A stretch of DNA of 64,000 bases from an uncultured virus (IMG/VR IMGVR_UViG_3300001680_000191) (taxonomy: Duplodnaviria; Heunggongvirae; Uroviricota; Caudoviricetes): the IMG/VR virus record IMGVR_UViG_3300001680_000191, positions 1-64,000 of that record. One strand, given 5' to 3'. The notes below the pieces were generated by a model. That model ran no database searches. It was given only the letters and a program-made list of their open reading frames with translations, and was not told the origin of the DNA. Positions 38,468 to 48,772 of the stretch are shown here, piece after piece. A program made the translations under genes and the position numbers. The stretch's first letter is position 1; each line of letters starts with the position of its first letter.

Positions 38468-39109
38468 ATGATTGACAAGATAAAAGAAAAGGTTAATAAA
38501 TTTTTAACTACCGTAGAACAAGCTGCCCCAAAATCCGAACCAGGCTCTGCCCGGGTAGTTATCATGGACGGCGCCGAGCCCGAACCGGAACTCCGAGTCA
38601 TAGGACTATTCTGTGATGTGGCGGAAGAAAAGGTAGCGGAGTTGGTGCATGCCCTTCTCTATCTTCACGAATCTAATAAAACCAAAGAAGAATCACTCCC
38701 TATCGATTTTTACCTTTCCACCTATGGAGGCGCCGCGGATGATATGTTCGCGCTCTACGATGTCATGCGCCAGATCCTGCCCACCACTGAGATTCATACT
38801 ATAGGTATGGGCAAGGTTATGTCTGCCGGCGTCTTGTTGCTAGCTTCAGGTACAAAGGGAAAAAGAAAGATCGGAAAGTACTGCCGCGTGATGATACACT
38901 CAGCCATGGCCGGAAGCCACGGCTCATTGCCGAATTTGGTTAACGAGCTTGAAGCGCTCCAACAAATTCAGGAAGATTACATTACTGCTCTTTCTGATGA
39001 AACGAATATGAGCAAGCAAGAAATTAAAAATATGCTTGAACGTAAGGTTAACGTCTATTTATCAGCAGAAGAAGCTGTAAAATTAGGTATAGCTGACATA
39101 ATTATTTGA
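38468..39109 (+). CDS. clpP: Second ClpP-like protease
   Basis: YLSTYGG, GMGKVMSAG, RVMIHS, YLSAEEAVKLGIAD. Confidence 0.9.
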   Translation: MIDKIKEKVNKFLTTVEQAAPKSEPGSARVVIMDGAEPEPELRVIGLFCDVAEEKVAELVHALLYLHESNKTKEESLPIDFYLSTYGGAADDMFALYDVMRQILPTTEIHTIGMGKVMSAGVLLLASGTKGKRKIGKYCRVMIHSAMAGSHGSLPNLVNELEALQQIQEDYITALSDETNMSKQEIKNMLERKVNVYLSAEEAVKLGIADIII

Positions 39110-39118
39110 GGTTTTTGA

Positions 39119-40798
39119 ATGTCTACACTTAGTGATATCTTACAAGAAGAGTACATCAAGCAGATCGGGGAACTAGATCTGAAGATGTTGATGGAGATGG
39201 TGGAAGAAGTATTTGAGTCTGTTCCCCACTTGTCTGAAGAGGCGCCTGCTCCTGCCTCGCTCGCAAGTCAGAGCGACGATGCCGCATTGGAAATGATCTT
39301 AAAGATGATTCCCGATATTGCTGTATCAGAAATCGGATGGTCAGATGTGAGGACGACAGAAGAGGGGGTCGAAATTAAGGGGCCCCAGCGCCGATTGCTT
39401 GAAGACTATCTGAATAACATACAAGGAAGCGACCTTGCCGAGAAGATTTCAGGTGTGTCTCAGTTCTATACTAATGGCGCAGGACTAATTTCTGAACAAG
39501 CAGGTGAAGACCGCACTAAGAGAATTGTTCAAGCAATTTCATATCTTGTTTTCTATAAAACGTTGACAAAAGTAATTACAAACTTTAACGCATCCTCCGC
39601 AGGGTTTAGTTTTGAGTCGTTCCTCGCTGCTCTTGTGAATGGCCGTCAGATCCCCGCCAACACAGGAACGATCGCCGACTACACCGATCGTTCTTCGGGC
39701 GACGAAATTCCAGTAAGCCTTAAACTTTATAAGGAAGGGCAGCTGGAAGTAGGCGGCAGCTTTACAGATTTGGTTAACGATCTTGTAACTCCAAAATACA
39801 TGGGACTCGGGGGTGCTATGAGGTATGTGATTTGCACCAAAGAGTTGAGTGGTAAGGATTTAGAGCAAGAGGGTAAGATTAATTTTTATCAATTCGACTT
39901 TACCCTTCAAAACGTAATGGATATTTTGTCTCAGTCACGCTTGAATGAAGTTATTCGATTGCCTAGCGTAGTATTAAGCGCTATTCAAGCTGGACAACAA
40001 GCAGGCGCCGGCGAAAGACTCGGGCTAGCCGCCAGGGACAAACAGCTTTCATCAGAGGAATTAACCCCCATGTTCAACGATGCAATCAAGAAACAGATAG
40101 AAGATCTAATAGCGAATGAGGAGAGCCCCCTTCAACAATTTGAAGAGGACGATATGAAGAAACTATTGGACGAATTGAACTGGGAAAAGAACGATGAGAT
40201 CTTTAACAACGATAAGGTTCGAGGCTCAGGCGCGCTAAACTCTAACCATATATTTAGACTAGTCAAGAAGTTATATCCCGACATTCCTGCAATTCATAAA
40301 AGTATGAGGGTTGCGATAATCGCAGCCAATAACGAGGTGGTTATCTCACAGAAGGCTGCAGCCAAAAAGAGCGAGAGAAAAAATCAGATTGCACAAATGA
40401 TCGCTGATGGCGAGTTCCTATCCCCAGAAGACTCGGCCAGAGAGTATAAGGTGTTGGGAGAATCCCAGAAGAAGCAAGCACTTTTAAATACTCTCGGATA
40501 CTTGCAGACTCACCACTTTGCTTTAAATCAAACACAATCGACAAACCCTGGAGAGCCCACGAACACTTTGAATCTGGGTGCGATCATGGTTGGCCGCCGC
40601 ATGGTTGCCAACGCCATGGAAAATGTTCGAGAGCTTCTTAACGAAGAGGTCTACGAAATCTTTCAGTCACTTAAGCTTCTTTCAGATAGTTTAAATGAAT
40701 TTTTCGCTGGTGGATTAGAAGATGATAAGCTTGCGACGTCTGCAATTGGAAATGCAGAGAACATTAGTTCGAAAGATATTTTGCAAACTGACAAATAG
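39119..40798 (+). CDS. Hypothetical protein, possible PD-(D/E)xK-like nuclease core
   Basis: GFSFESFLAAL...IADY...PVSLK; weak motif inference only. Confidence 0.45.
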   Translation: MSTLSDILQEEYIKQIGELDLKMLMEMVEEVFESVPHLSEEAPAPASLASQSDDAALEMILKMIPDIAVSEIGWSDVRTTEEGVEIKGPQRRLLEDYLNNIQGSDLAEKISGVSQFYTNGAGLISEQAGEDRTKRIVQAISYLVFYKTLTKVITNFNASSAGFSFESFLAALVNGRQIPANTGTIADYTDRSSGDEIPVSLKLYKEGQLEVGGSFTDLVNDLVTPKYMGLGGAMRYVICTKELSGKDLEQEGKINFYQFDFTLQNVMDILSQSRLNEVIRLPSVVLSAIQAGQQAGAGERLGLAARDKQLSSEELTPMFNDAIKKQIEDLIANEESPLQQFEEDDMKKLLDELNWEKNDEIFNNDKVRGSGALNSNHIFRLVKKLYPDIPAIHKSMRVAIIAANNEVVISQKAAAKKSERKNQIAQMIADGEFLSPEDSAREYKVLGESQKKQALLNTLGYLQTHHFALNQTQSTNPGEPTNTLNLGAIMVGRRMVANAMENVRELLNEEVYEIFQSLKLLSDSLNEFFAGGLEDDKLATSAIGNAENISSKDILQTDK

Positions 40799-40801
40799 AA
40801 C

Positions 40802-40830
40802 TTGACATAACACACAAAAGAGATTATAAT
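40802..40830 (+). promoter_or_regulatory. sigma70 consensus promoter
   Basis: TTGACA-N17-TATAAT upstream of groEL. Confidence 0.75.
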
Positions 40831-40851
40831 ATAGTATGACGAGAGGTATAG

Positions 40852-42447
40852 ATGAGCCGAGCTTACGATAATGAACAAACACTCCAGCAAAAGATAATGA
40901 ATGGTGCTAATATTTTAGCAGACAATGTTGCTTCAACCTTGGGCCCCCGCGGCCGAAACGTTCTGCTTAAAGAAAAAGGTGGTGTGCCTTTTGTAACAAA
41001 AGATGGCGTTACTGTTGCTGCGTTTGTTTCACTAGAAGACCCTTTCGAAGATGCAGCCGCACAAATTATAAAACAGGCTGCTGTAGAAACTAACAATAAC
41101 GCAGGCGATGGCACAACCACCGCAACGGTTCTTGCCCGGGCCATCATCTGTGAAGCACAGAGATATATAGCCTCGGGAATGTCGCCGGTCGAGATACAAC
41201 GCGGCATCCATCTAGCAACTAAAACTATTATTGATAATCTTAAAGATATGGCGACCCCCATTAAAAGCATTGATGATATACGCCACATCGCTACCATCTC
41301 AGCCAACAACGATGCAGCCATCGGGGAGCTTATCTCGTTGGCAATTGATCGCATTGGTCAAGATGGGGCAATTACTATCGAGGAATCGCGCTCGATGGAC
41401 ACATCCATAGATATCATAGAGGGGTTTAAGTTTGACTCGGGCTATGTTGCCGGCGCCTTCATCACTGATGAGCGCCGAGCTATCCTCTATCACGAAGAGC
41501 CGCTCTTTATGGTCACGGATCACAAAGTCTCAAATGTTGAACAGATCCTCCCGGTACTAGAGCTATGTGCTCGCGAGTCGCGCCCACTGATTATAGTGGC
41601 AGAAGAGATAGAGGGGCAAGCCCTCGCAGCTTTAATCATGAATGCAATGCGTGGAACCCTAAAGGTAGCTGCAATTAAGGCACCCTCCTACGGAGAAGAG
41701 AGACGAAACACCTTAGAAGATATTGCCGCCTCAACTGGCGCCAAGTTTTTATCCCGCGAGAGCGGCACTAAATTACAAGAGACCCAGATGATGGACCTCG
41801 GCACTGCAAAGTTTATAGAGTGCACTAAATATTCTACTACGATCGTGGGTGGACAACAGGATTACGAAGCGATTGAGTCTCGTATTATGAATTTGAAAGC
41901 AGTCATTGAGCAGACAGAATCTCTGGAAGAGTGCGAAGCAATCCAAGGTCGTATAACGCGCCTAAACTCAGGAGTAGCAGTCATCCGCGTTGGTGGCTCT
42001 ACTGAGGTAGAGATGACCGAGAAAAAGCACCGCATTGAAGATGCACTAGAAGCCGTCCGAGCCGCCCAAGAAGAAGGCGTTGTTGCCGGCGGAGGTACCG
42101 CGCTGGCCCGGGCAGCCCAAACCATGGTCATCACAACGAAAGGCGATACAGACGAATTCCACCCGGACCAAACATCCGGAATCAATATAGTTATGTCAGC
42201 ATGTCAGGAGCCCCTGCGCCAGATGGCTCGTAATTCTGGTGAATCACCAGACCTTGTACTAGCTGAGGTTTTAGGAACAAAAGCTCCCCACGGATGGGAT
42301 TTTAGGAGAGGGGGGATAGTAAACCTTATAGAAAAGGGAATTATAGACCCGGTTAAAGTAACCCGTATTGCTCTCCAAAATGCCGCTAGCTGTGCCGGCA
42401 CCCTCCTAACAACTAACTTCGGAATTATTCAGAGAGAGGACGATTAA
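40852..42447 (+). CDS. groEL: Chaperonin GroEL
   Basis: TLGPRGRNV, TKDGVTVA, AGDGTTTATVLA, IEDAL.A.RAA.EEGVVAGGG, GIIDP.KV. Confidence 0.97.
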   Translation: MSRAYDNEQTLQQKIMNGANILADNVASTLGPRGRNVLLKEKGGVPFVTKDGVTVAAFVSLEDPFEDAAAQIIKQAAVETNNNAGDGTTTATVLARAIICEAQRYIASGMSPVEIQRGIHLATKTIIDNLKDMATPIKSIDDIRHIATISANNDAAIGELISLAIDRIGQDGAITIEESRSMDTSIDIIEGFKFDSGYVAGAFITDERRAILYHEEPLFMVTDHKVSNVEQILPVLELCARESRPLIIVAEEIEGQALAALIMNAMRGTLKVAAIKAPSYGEERRNTLEDIAASTGAKFLSRESGTKLQETQMMDLGTAKFIECTKYSTTIVGGQQDYEAIESRIMNLKAVIEQTESLEECEAIQGRITRLNSGVAVIRVGGSTEVEMTEKKHRIEDALEAVRAAQEEGVVAGGGTALARAAQTMVITTKGDTDEFHPDQTSGINIVMSACQEPLRQMARNSGESPDLVLAEVLGTKAPHGWDFRRGGIVNLIEKGIIDPVKVTRIALQNAASCAGTLLTTNFGIIQREDD

Positions 42448-42672
42448 ATGCGACAAGGGGACTTAGTACATATTCCACAAGGGGTCACTCTCTTCGGTTT
42501 TGATAGCGCAATACTGGACAAGACAGAGAAACCAACAGTGGGAGTATTCCTTGAGGAAACAACTCTTAACGGCTGGCTTAGCGGAACTTATACGATCTAT
42601 GCTCTCGGCCGAGAAGCAGTCGTGAAAAAAAGACACGTATACCCAATGGGAGAAAATAATGGCCCTAGTTAA
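42448..42672 (+). CDS. Small protein, divergent GDLV (SH3/KOW-like) family member
   Basis: MRQGDLVHIP...VGVFLE. Confidence 0.55.
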   Translation: MRQGDLVHIPQGVTLFGFDSAILDKTEKPTVGVFLEETTLNGWLSGTYTIYALGREAVVKKRHVYPMGENNGPS

Positions 42673-42952
42673 ATTAACCGAGGTGTGTCACAATAACACA
42701 CTCACTACACACCAAGATTATACATTACGAGAAGTGTTTGTCAATCCTGAGCACGTCGTTATGATCAGAGAAGAAGCGCGCATGCGTCAGTTAAATGAAC
42801 AAGGGGCGCTGCCTGCAGATCTAGACGGGACTCATCAGTTCACCAAGCTGACAATTAATCGCGGACACACCGGCACTGAGATAGTAGTAGTTGGCGCCCC
42901 ATCCATTATCGAAAGCACACTGAACCAACAAAAAACACTTTTGAGAGGATAA
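42659..42952 (+). CDS. Hypothetical protein
   Basis: Coupled ORF with GGAG RBS; VFVNPEHVVMIRE. Confidence 0.65.
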   Translation: MALVKLTEVCHNNTLTTHQDYTLREVFVNPEHVVMIREEARMRQLNEQGALPADLDGTHQFTKLTINRGHTGTEIVVVGAPSIIESTLNQQKTLLRG

Positions 42953-42953
42953 A

Positions 42954-43316
42954 ATGAACAAAGAAAGAGTAAATATTCAATATTCAATAGATTTAAATGA
43001 ATTAGCCGGCGAGGTGGTTAGGCTAATGGCCCGAGCCAGCAGCATAGCCGACGCAGCAGTACAAGCAGAGTTTAGTGATTTGAAGAACATAGATGAGAAG
43101 CACGCATTATCACTGCATGCAATCTCTACGGTGGATATAGCCCGCAAGCGCTTGGCAGCTATTGACTATGCGCTGAATGATGTAGCGCAAATTATCAACG
43201 GCTATCTCACATTTAAAGTGCAAGAGAACCTCCAGGAACAGGTCGACCAGAGCCCACGCCCACCGGATGTAAGCCCACTGCATGAAGATATGAGGGCGGC
43301 TGACGAGGGAACATGA
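42954..43316 (+). CDS. Hypothetical protein
   Basis: Coupled ORF with GAGG RBS. Confidence 0.65.
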   Translation: MNKERVNIQYSIDLNELAGEVVRLMARASSIADAAVQAEFSDLKNIDEKHALSLHAISTVDIARKRLAAIDYALNDVAQIINGYLTFKVQENLQEQVDQSPRPPDVSPLHEDMRAADEGT

Positions 43317-44071
43317 TCTCCCCGATCAAAGAACCTACCGCATATAAATGTGTGGAGTATCTTAAAGAAGTGATTCCCCCCGAGAGCGTTGTAGATACCT
43401 TCTTGTTTTATTCCGGCCAGCTTGAGTTTGATTTAGCACAATCTAACCGGCTATTGCGATGCCACACAAATCGCTATGTAATCTATGAGTTTTGGTATTG
43501 TATGCAGGAAGACCCTGAACGCGTAGCCGAGATTGCCGAATATTTTAGGGAGCGCTCCGACCCTATTTCTTATACCTTTCTACAAAAATCCTGGGCCGGA
43601 CTGAAAGATCACTACGTACGCGCCGCCATCTTTTTCCTGTTAAACATCTATTCTGAAGATGGATATGTTTCCTCGGGCAAATTGAACCTTCAACAGTATA
43701 GCCCAATTATGCTTAATAGAATAAAACAATGCTCCTTCGAAAACATGAGAATCAATTTTTATAAAGATGAAGAGTTCTTTGCGGGAGCTTCTTATATTGA
43801 GAAGCCGGAATACCTCGTGTTTCCCATGGGGAAGTTTAACTACAACCTTTTTGAAGAGGGCAAGAGCTATGGGTATGAGTCAACTCCTGTCAATCACACC
43901 AACACGAAGCTATCGATAGATGAGTTACAACACAAAACTCTTGTGCTTTACAAATATCACAAAGAGGTTCTTAAATTGTACGATGGCTACAACATAGCCA
44001 TGATCAATAAATATGGAAAAGTCACCGAGAGTGCCGACCACTGCGAGGATTTAGTAATTGCAAATTTCTGA
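43313..44071 (+). CDS. Degenerate Dam-like methyltransferase homolog
   Basis: FLFYSGQLEF and RAAIFFLLNIYSEDG resemble D12-class motifs; no DPPY. Confidence 0.5.
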   Translation: MISPIKEPTAYKCVEYLKEVIPPESVVDTFLFYSGQLEFDLAQSNRLLRCHTNRYVIYEFWYCMQEDPERVAEIAEYFRERSDPISYTFLQKSWAGLKDHYVRAAIFFLLNIYSEDGYVSSGKLNLQQYSPIMLNRIKQCSFENMRINFYKDEEFFAGASYIEKPEYLVFPMGKFNYNLFEEGKSYGYESTPVNHTNTKLSIDELQHKTLVLYKYHKEVLKLYDGYNIAMINKYGKVTESADHCEDLVIANF

Positions 44072-44408
44072 ACTAATACGGGCATGTGCCCTCTTTGCTA
44101 CGGCTCAGGCTCTGGTATGGTTTCAGCTTTACTCACAGTATATCTGGAATTGGTGGGAAAACCGACCGTTGGTTGCGGCCATCGTGTTTGGAATCCCCGC
44201 TAGTCTTTGTTTCTGGTATGGCACACGGATAGCTGTTGCGGCAACTAGTGCTGCATGGTCGGCGAGGCTTCTCGGTTTTGGCATGTCTTACATGACATTC
44301 CCGATTTTAACGTGGTGGCTGTTGGGGGAATCAATGTTTACGACCAAGACGATGATCTGCGTAGCTCTGTCTTTTGCCATCCTGTCCGTTCAACTGTTTT
44401 GGAAATAA
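44058..44408 (+). CDS. Small 4-TM membrane protein (DMT/SMR-like)
   Basis: Four hydrophobic segments; WWLLGES motif. Confidence 0.6.
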   Translation: MQISELIRACALFATAQALVWFQLYSQYIWNWWENRPLVAAIVFGIPASLCFWYGTRIAVAATSAAWSARLLGFGMSYMTFPILTWWLLGESMFTTKTMICVALSFAILSVQLFWK

Positions 44409-44411
44409 GAA

Positions 44412-45170
44412 ATGTCAAATATTTATTTATTTGATGTAGACGGGACCCTAACCCCCCCTAAAGAAAAGATCCATGGCCCCTTTGCGTGCACTTTTTTAAA
44501 ATGGGCGAAGGGTAAAGAGATATATATTGTATCAGGGGGTTCCTTTGTGCGCATACTGGACCAACTAGGTACGGATATTGTAAAAGAATGTGCTGGTGTA
44601 TTTGCTTGCATGGGAAATATTTTTTACCAGAGGCTCGATCAAATTAACCCGTCGGCCTTCGAAGAGTGGCAAATTATTTATGAGAATAAATTTCGCAGAC
44701 CACGTGGCCTGTATAAAAAGCTAGACAAAATAGTAGAGGAGTCCTCCTACCATACTAAAACAGGTAGCCACTATGAAGAAAGAGTGGGTATGCTAAACTT
44801 TTCAATCGTTGGTGCGAATGCCACAGTGCAACAACGCAAAGACTATGTTTCATACGATGGGGAACACCATGAAAGGGAAGAACTGGTCGATAAGCTAACA
44901 AAACACTACCCCAGTTTAGATTTTGTTATCGGTGGGGCAGTTAGCATAGACATTTTTAAGGTGGGAGATGACAAATCTCAAATTATAGACAGGTATTTTG
45001 ACGAAGCCTTAGAACATAATAAGATAATATTTGTCGGAGATCGCATTCCATTCCCCGGTAACGACTGTTCATTAGCAATCGCGCTCCGACAGCATCCCAA
45101 TGGGAGTGTTCATGAGATAGAAACGTGGCGAGATACAGTAGAACTATTAAAGACTGAGCCTTTTGCGTAG
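44412..45170 (+). CDS. HAD-family phosphomannomutase (eukaryotic PMM-like)
   Basis: LFDVDGTLTPP, EERVGMLNFSIVG, GGAVSIDIF, FVGD...GND. Confidence 0.85.
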   Translation: MSNIYLFDVDGTLTPPKEKIHGPFACTFLKWAKGKEIYIVSGGSFVRILDQLGTDIVKECAGVFACMGNIFYQRLDQINPSAFEEWQIIYENKFRRPRGLYKKLDKIVEESSYHTKTGSHYEERVGMLNFSIVGANATVQQRKDYVSYDGEHHEREELVDKLTKHYPSLDFVIGGAVSIDIFKVGDDKSQIIDRYFDEALEHNKIIFVGDRIPFPGNDCSLAIALRQHPNGSVHEIETWRDTVELLKTEPFA

Positions 45171-45211
45171 ATACTGATAAAAACAACTATTTATAAAGGC
45201 GAGGTAAATTA

Positions 45212-48200
45212 ATGGACATTTCTACAGGCAATTGGTTCGAGTATCTTCGAGAAGAAGTTTTAACAGAGGGGCTCCGAGACATCGGGCTCCCCGAACAAGT
45301 CATCGACTTTATTGAGAACGCGATGCCGAACGCGCCCGAGAAGTCAAAGATGTACGCTGGCAATCAGTGGAAGCAGTGGGAACTAAACCGCGCCTATTTC
45401 TCACGCCCGCAAGATCACTGGGTTCGCTGGATGAAGGACAACTTCAGGGACCAGATTCAAGCGAATATCATACCGGGTCAAGGGGACATGGGCGAGATTG
45501 TCGCCCGCACAATCACTCCCTTCTCCACGGGCGACCCCCAACGTAAGCGCGAGATGTACGACGAAGAGACCGTCAAACGAAACAAGATGATTGTCTTTGT
45601 TGTACAGAATGTCAAGAACACCATCGGCAAGCCCATGGGCGCCTGGCGCAAGTCATTTATGAAAGCTGTCAAAGCTTTAAGTAAGGCTGGTGTCCCTTCC
45701 GAGAAAGTTGAAGTAGTTAAAGATCATCTCGCTGCTACAATAATGTCAGAGTTTCGCCGCTGGTGGAACAATTATGATGAACTATTCTCTTGGCTGAACG
45801 ACGAGCCAACCAACTATGAGATGATCAAGGGTGAAGATAGCATCGACCAAGCTATGCGCACAGCCGTCGAGGATTTAAACAGCAGAGAAGATCCAGAACA
45901 GGTCATCCACCAGTTTGATGACGGCTCGTACTGGTATAACCTCAATGTATCTAACTGTGCCGTTGAAGGCGAGCGCATGGGACATTGTGGCGGCGACACT
46001 CGCGGCACACTCATATCCCTCCGCAAGCGCCAAAGCAAGCGCAAAGCCTCCTCATCTTACATCACGATGACTTACGAAGCTGAATCCTATGGTGGTGGTG
46101 GCACCCTATATCAGATTAAGGGGCGCAACAACGATGCTCCCCCCGAAGAAATGTGGGACCACATCGACTGGTTCATTAAGAATATGGATATCACATCGGT
46201 ACAGGAGACAGGCGAACACTCAAACGATTATAGCGGCTTTCAAGAGCTGAATGATTACCTCGCCGCCCGCAACCGAGACGTCAGTTTCACCGGCGCCATC
46301 GACGAAGAAGCCATCCAAGAAGCTGTGAATGAGGCTGCCGGCGAGTACGAGGGTGAGAACTCATCGATCGACGGCGAAGTTCAAGGACCAGATGACCACG
46401 GCGGCGAAGGCGTATATGTTTATATGACGAGCGACTGCAACATACAGATCGAACTAGGTTGGAAAGGGTTTGTCGAAGAATCCGGCGACTATGTGGCGAC
46501 ACTCAGCGAGAATGACACAACCGAAGACGATCGCTTTAAGAGGATCCCCACTAACAATTGGGGAAGTGAAGCGCGAGATTTTGTAAGCGACATGGAGATA
46601 GAGAATGTCGAGTGGGATCTACCCGGTGAAGGTGAGGTTGAGTGGAATGTTAGAATGTTGGAAGGCGTCCATCCTCCCGAATACGAGGGAGACCCGGCCG
46701 CCCGCGGCCCACAGACCGCGGTGCTTGAAATTTCGATTCGCAACATGGAACAGGAAGCCGCCGAGAATGAAGATGAAGCTGGACAAAACATGCGATACTT
46801 TGGCGAGCAAGTTCAAGAAAACTTCGAAGATGCTTACGAAGAGATCCATGAGAAGATACGCTCCAAACTAGCAGAAGAAGGGTATGCATCCAAGACTCCG
46901 TATGATCGTGAGCGCGCCGGCATGAGCGAGATGGATCTTGACAACTGGAAAATCTGGCAAGATGGTCCGAGACTGGAGTTTTGGTTCAGACGCGGAAAGA
47001 GGGACGACACTGCAATATTAAACTCTGGCGGTGACATCACCAGCGTCCCAAATGTGATCAAGATGTGGGGATTTGATGAAACGAGAGAAGGACACATGGA
47101 TGGAATATACCGCAAGATGTTCGGATCGCCTTCGGTGGGGCGCCCACCTCGTATAGAGAACGATGTTCTTAGCCGTAACATGGCGAGAAACTTAGAGAAA
47201 CTTTACTCTGCGGCCGAAGCGCCCGCATCAGGGCAGCAGCCGCTAGCCCTTGGCGATGAATATGAGGCTCCACCCGCTATGCTCGTATTAGCGAAGGACT
47301 CACGCTTTATCATCATGCCGGAGACAACATTAAAGAGGGAGCAATATCCCACCATGTTGCTCAACTGGAAATATGAGATTGGGGTGGGCAGCAAGTCATC
47401 GCCTGAAGAAGTTGAAGTTGTCAAAGACATTGTGAAATATTTTAATGAACACCCTGATATGGTGGAGGAAGCAGTAGCGGAAACAATCCGCTCAGCAATG
47501 GAAGGAACGGCAGCACTCGCTGACGCTACTAAGAATGATGTTATGTCAGGCAGATGGGCGAGCAACGCCATCCAAAATATCGACAGCCGCTTTGGAGGGG
47601 CCGCGGCTTCGGGATCCGATGCGTGGGCAGAGCGGGCAATAATGATTGCTACGTGGATCAAGGAAAACTTCGATCAGATGGGCGAAGTTGAGAAGTGGGT
47701 TGCTTGGTTCAAGTTTTTGAAGCCGCTGAAGGAGGGATACTTTAACCTCTCGCGCGACGGAGACATTGAGATGGATGACAACGATAACCTCGGACGCCCA
47801 GAGAGTTGGGGAAGGAAAGTTAAAGAACAGATGACGAAACTAGGTACGTGGGATTCCACTGTGAGGGACTATGCAGGCGTTCCAACCCAAGAGCCCATGG
47901 TGGGCACGCTGGGAGAGCCGCAGGCTGTAGGAGAGAGTACAGAGCAGCAGATTGATAGGATTGAGAGATTGCTGAGCGAAGCCGATGATTCTTACGACCT
48001 ACGAATCTATAACATCAAGATAGGCTGTGTTATTGATCGTGATAATGGCGGTTCAGAGTCTGAGACTGCCACAGAGATTCGAGGTGTTGACTCCGTAACC
48101 ACAGTGCGCCCAATTGCTGCCACCAAGCGCTCGATAACAGCCACATCTGAATATGTGTTGTATGATATTAAGTTTGAATTGTTGGGGTCGGCGAGCAGAG

Positions 48201-48772
48201 TAGAGTATAGAGACGAAATTCTTCTGCCTCGCATGCGAAGGATCAAAGGGTTAAAGATAATGACAATATCATCTATGCATCGAATAAACCGGAAAGGAAC
48301 GATTCGCACCGTGCGAGAATCTAAAGTGTTGAAAGAATATGGATTCGGAGCAGCCAGTTCCAACAGCGGGCTAGCGGGACAGCTAGGCTCAGTTGCCGGA
48401 AGGAATAATCAGGGAAGCTCCCCCAACATGAAAACGCCGCGGCCAACCTTACAGGCAATTGTAGATGATTGGTCCGAAGGTGGCGTTAAAATATATGATG
48501 TTCCGACAGATCACGGCAACAGTGCCCACCACGTGATGATGCCGACTGAAGAATTAATAGGACTGATGGGCGCAATGTTCCGTGGACCCAAGGATATTTT
48601 TGATGGTGGATACCAAGACTTTATTGCTAATGGTGCACAAGCGCCTGTATATTTAGCGGTGGGTCAAAATGGCAGAGCAGCCGTAACTGGCAACGAGGAT
48701 CTTATTTGGTATGCCAAGAAGTCGGGCCTGGAAAACTTGCCCGTATTTATTAGTTATCAAAGGCAAGTCTAG
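45212..48772 (+). CDS. Large acidic protein with a PcfJ-like motif, probably virion-associated
   Basis: 1186 aa; EGERMGHCG...YQIKGRNN; ACTATTTATA motif upstream. Confidence 0.5.
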   Translation: MDISTGNWFEYLREEVLTEGLRDIGLPEQVIDFIENAMPNAPEKSKMYAGNQWKQWELNRAYFSRPQDHWVRWMKDNFRDQIQANIIPGQGDMGEIVARTITPFSTGDPQRKREMYDEETVKRNKMIVFVVQNVKNTIGKPMGAWRKSFMKAVKALSKAGVPSEKVEVVKDHLAATIMSEFRRWWNNYDELFSWLNDEPTNYEMIKGEDSIDQAMRTAVEDLNSREDPEQVIHQFDDGSYWYNLNVSNCAVEGERMGHCGGDTRGTLISLRKRQSKRKASSSYITMTYEAESYGGGGTLYQIKGRNNDAPPEEMWDHIDWFIKNMDITSVQETGEHSNDYSGFQELNDYLAARNRDVSFTGAIDEEAIQEAVNEAAGEYEGENSSIDGEVQGPDDHGGEGVYVYMTSDCNIQIELGWKGFVEESGDYVATLSENDTTEDDRFKRIPTNNWGSEARDFVSDMEIENVEWDLPGEGEVEWNVRMLEGVHPPEYEGDPAARGPQTAVLEISIRNMEQEAAENEDEAGQNMRYFGEQVQENFEDAYEEIHEKIRSKLAEEGYASKTPYDRERAGMSEMDLDNWKIWQDGPRLEFWFRRGKRDDTAILNSGGDITSVPNVIKMWGFDETREGHMDGIYRKMFGSPSVGRPPRIENDVLSRNMARNLEKLYSAAEAPASGQQPLALGDEYEAPPAMLVLAKDSRFIIMPETTLKREQYPTMLLNWKYEIGVGSKSSPEEVEVVKDIVKYFNEHPDMVEEAVAETIRSAMEGTAALADATKNDVMSGRWASNAIQNIDSRFGGAAASGSDAWAERAIMIATWIKENFDQMGEVEKWVAWFKFLKPLKEGYFNLSRDGDIEMDDNDNLGRPESWGRKVKEQMTKLGTWDSTVRDYAGVPTQEPMVGTLGEPQAVGESTEQQIDRIERLLSEADDSYDLRIYNIKIGCVIDRDNGGSESETATEIRGVDSVTTVRPIAATKRSITATSEYVLYDIKFELLGSASRVEYRDEILLPRMRRIKGLKIMTISSMHRINRKGTIRTVRESKVLKEYGFGAASSNSGLAGQLGSVAGRNNQGSSPNMKTPRPTLQAIVDDWSEGGVKIYDVPTDHGNSAHHVMMPTEELIGLMGAMFRGPKDIFDGGYQDFIANGAQAPVYLAVGQNGRAAVTGNEDLIWYAKKSGLENLPVFISYQRQV

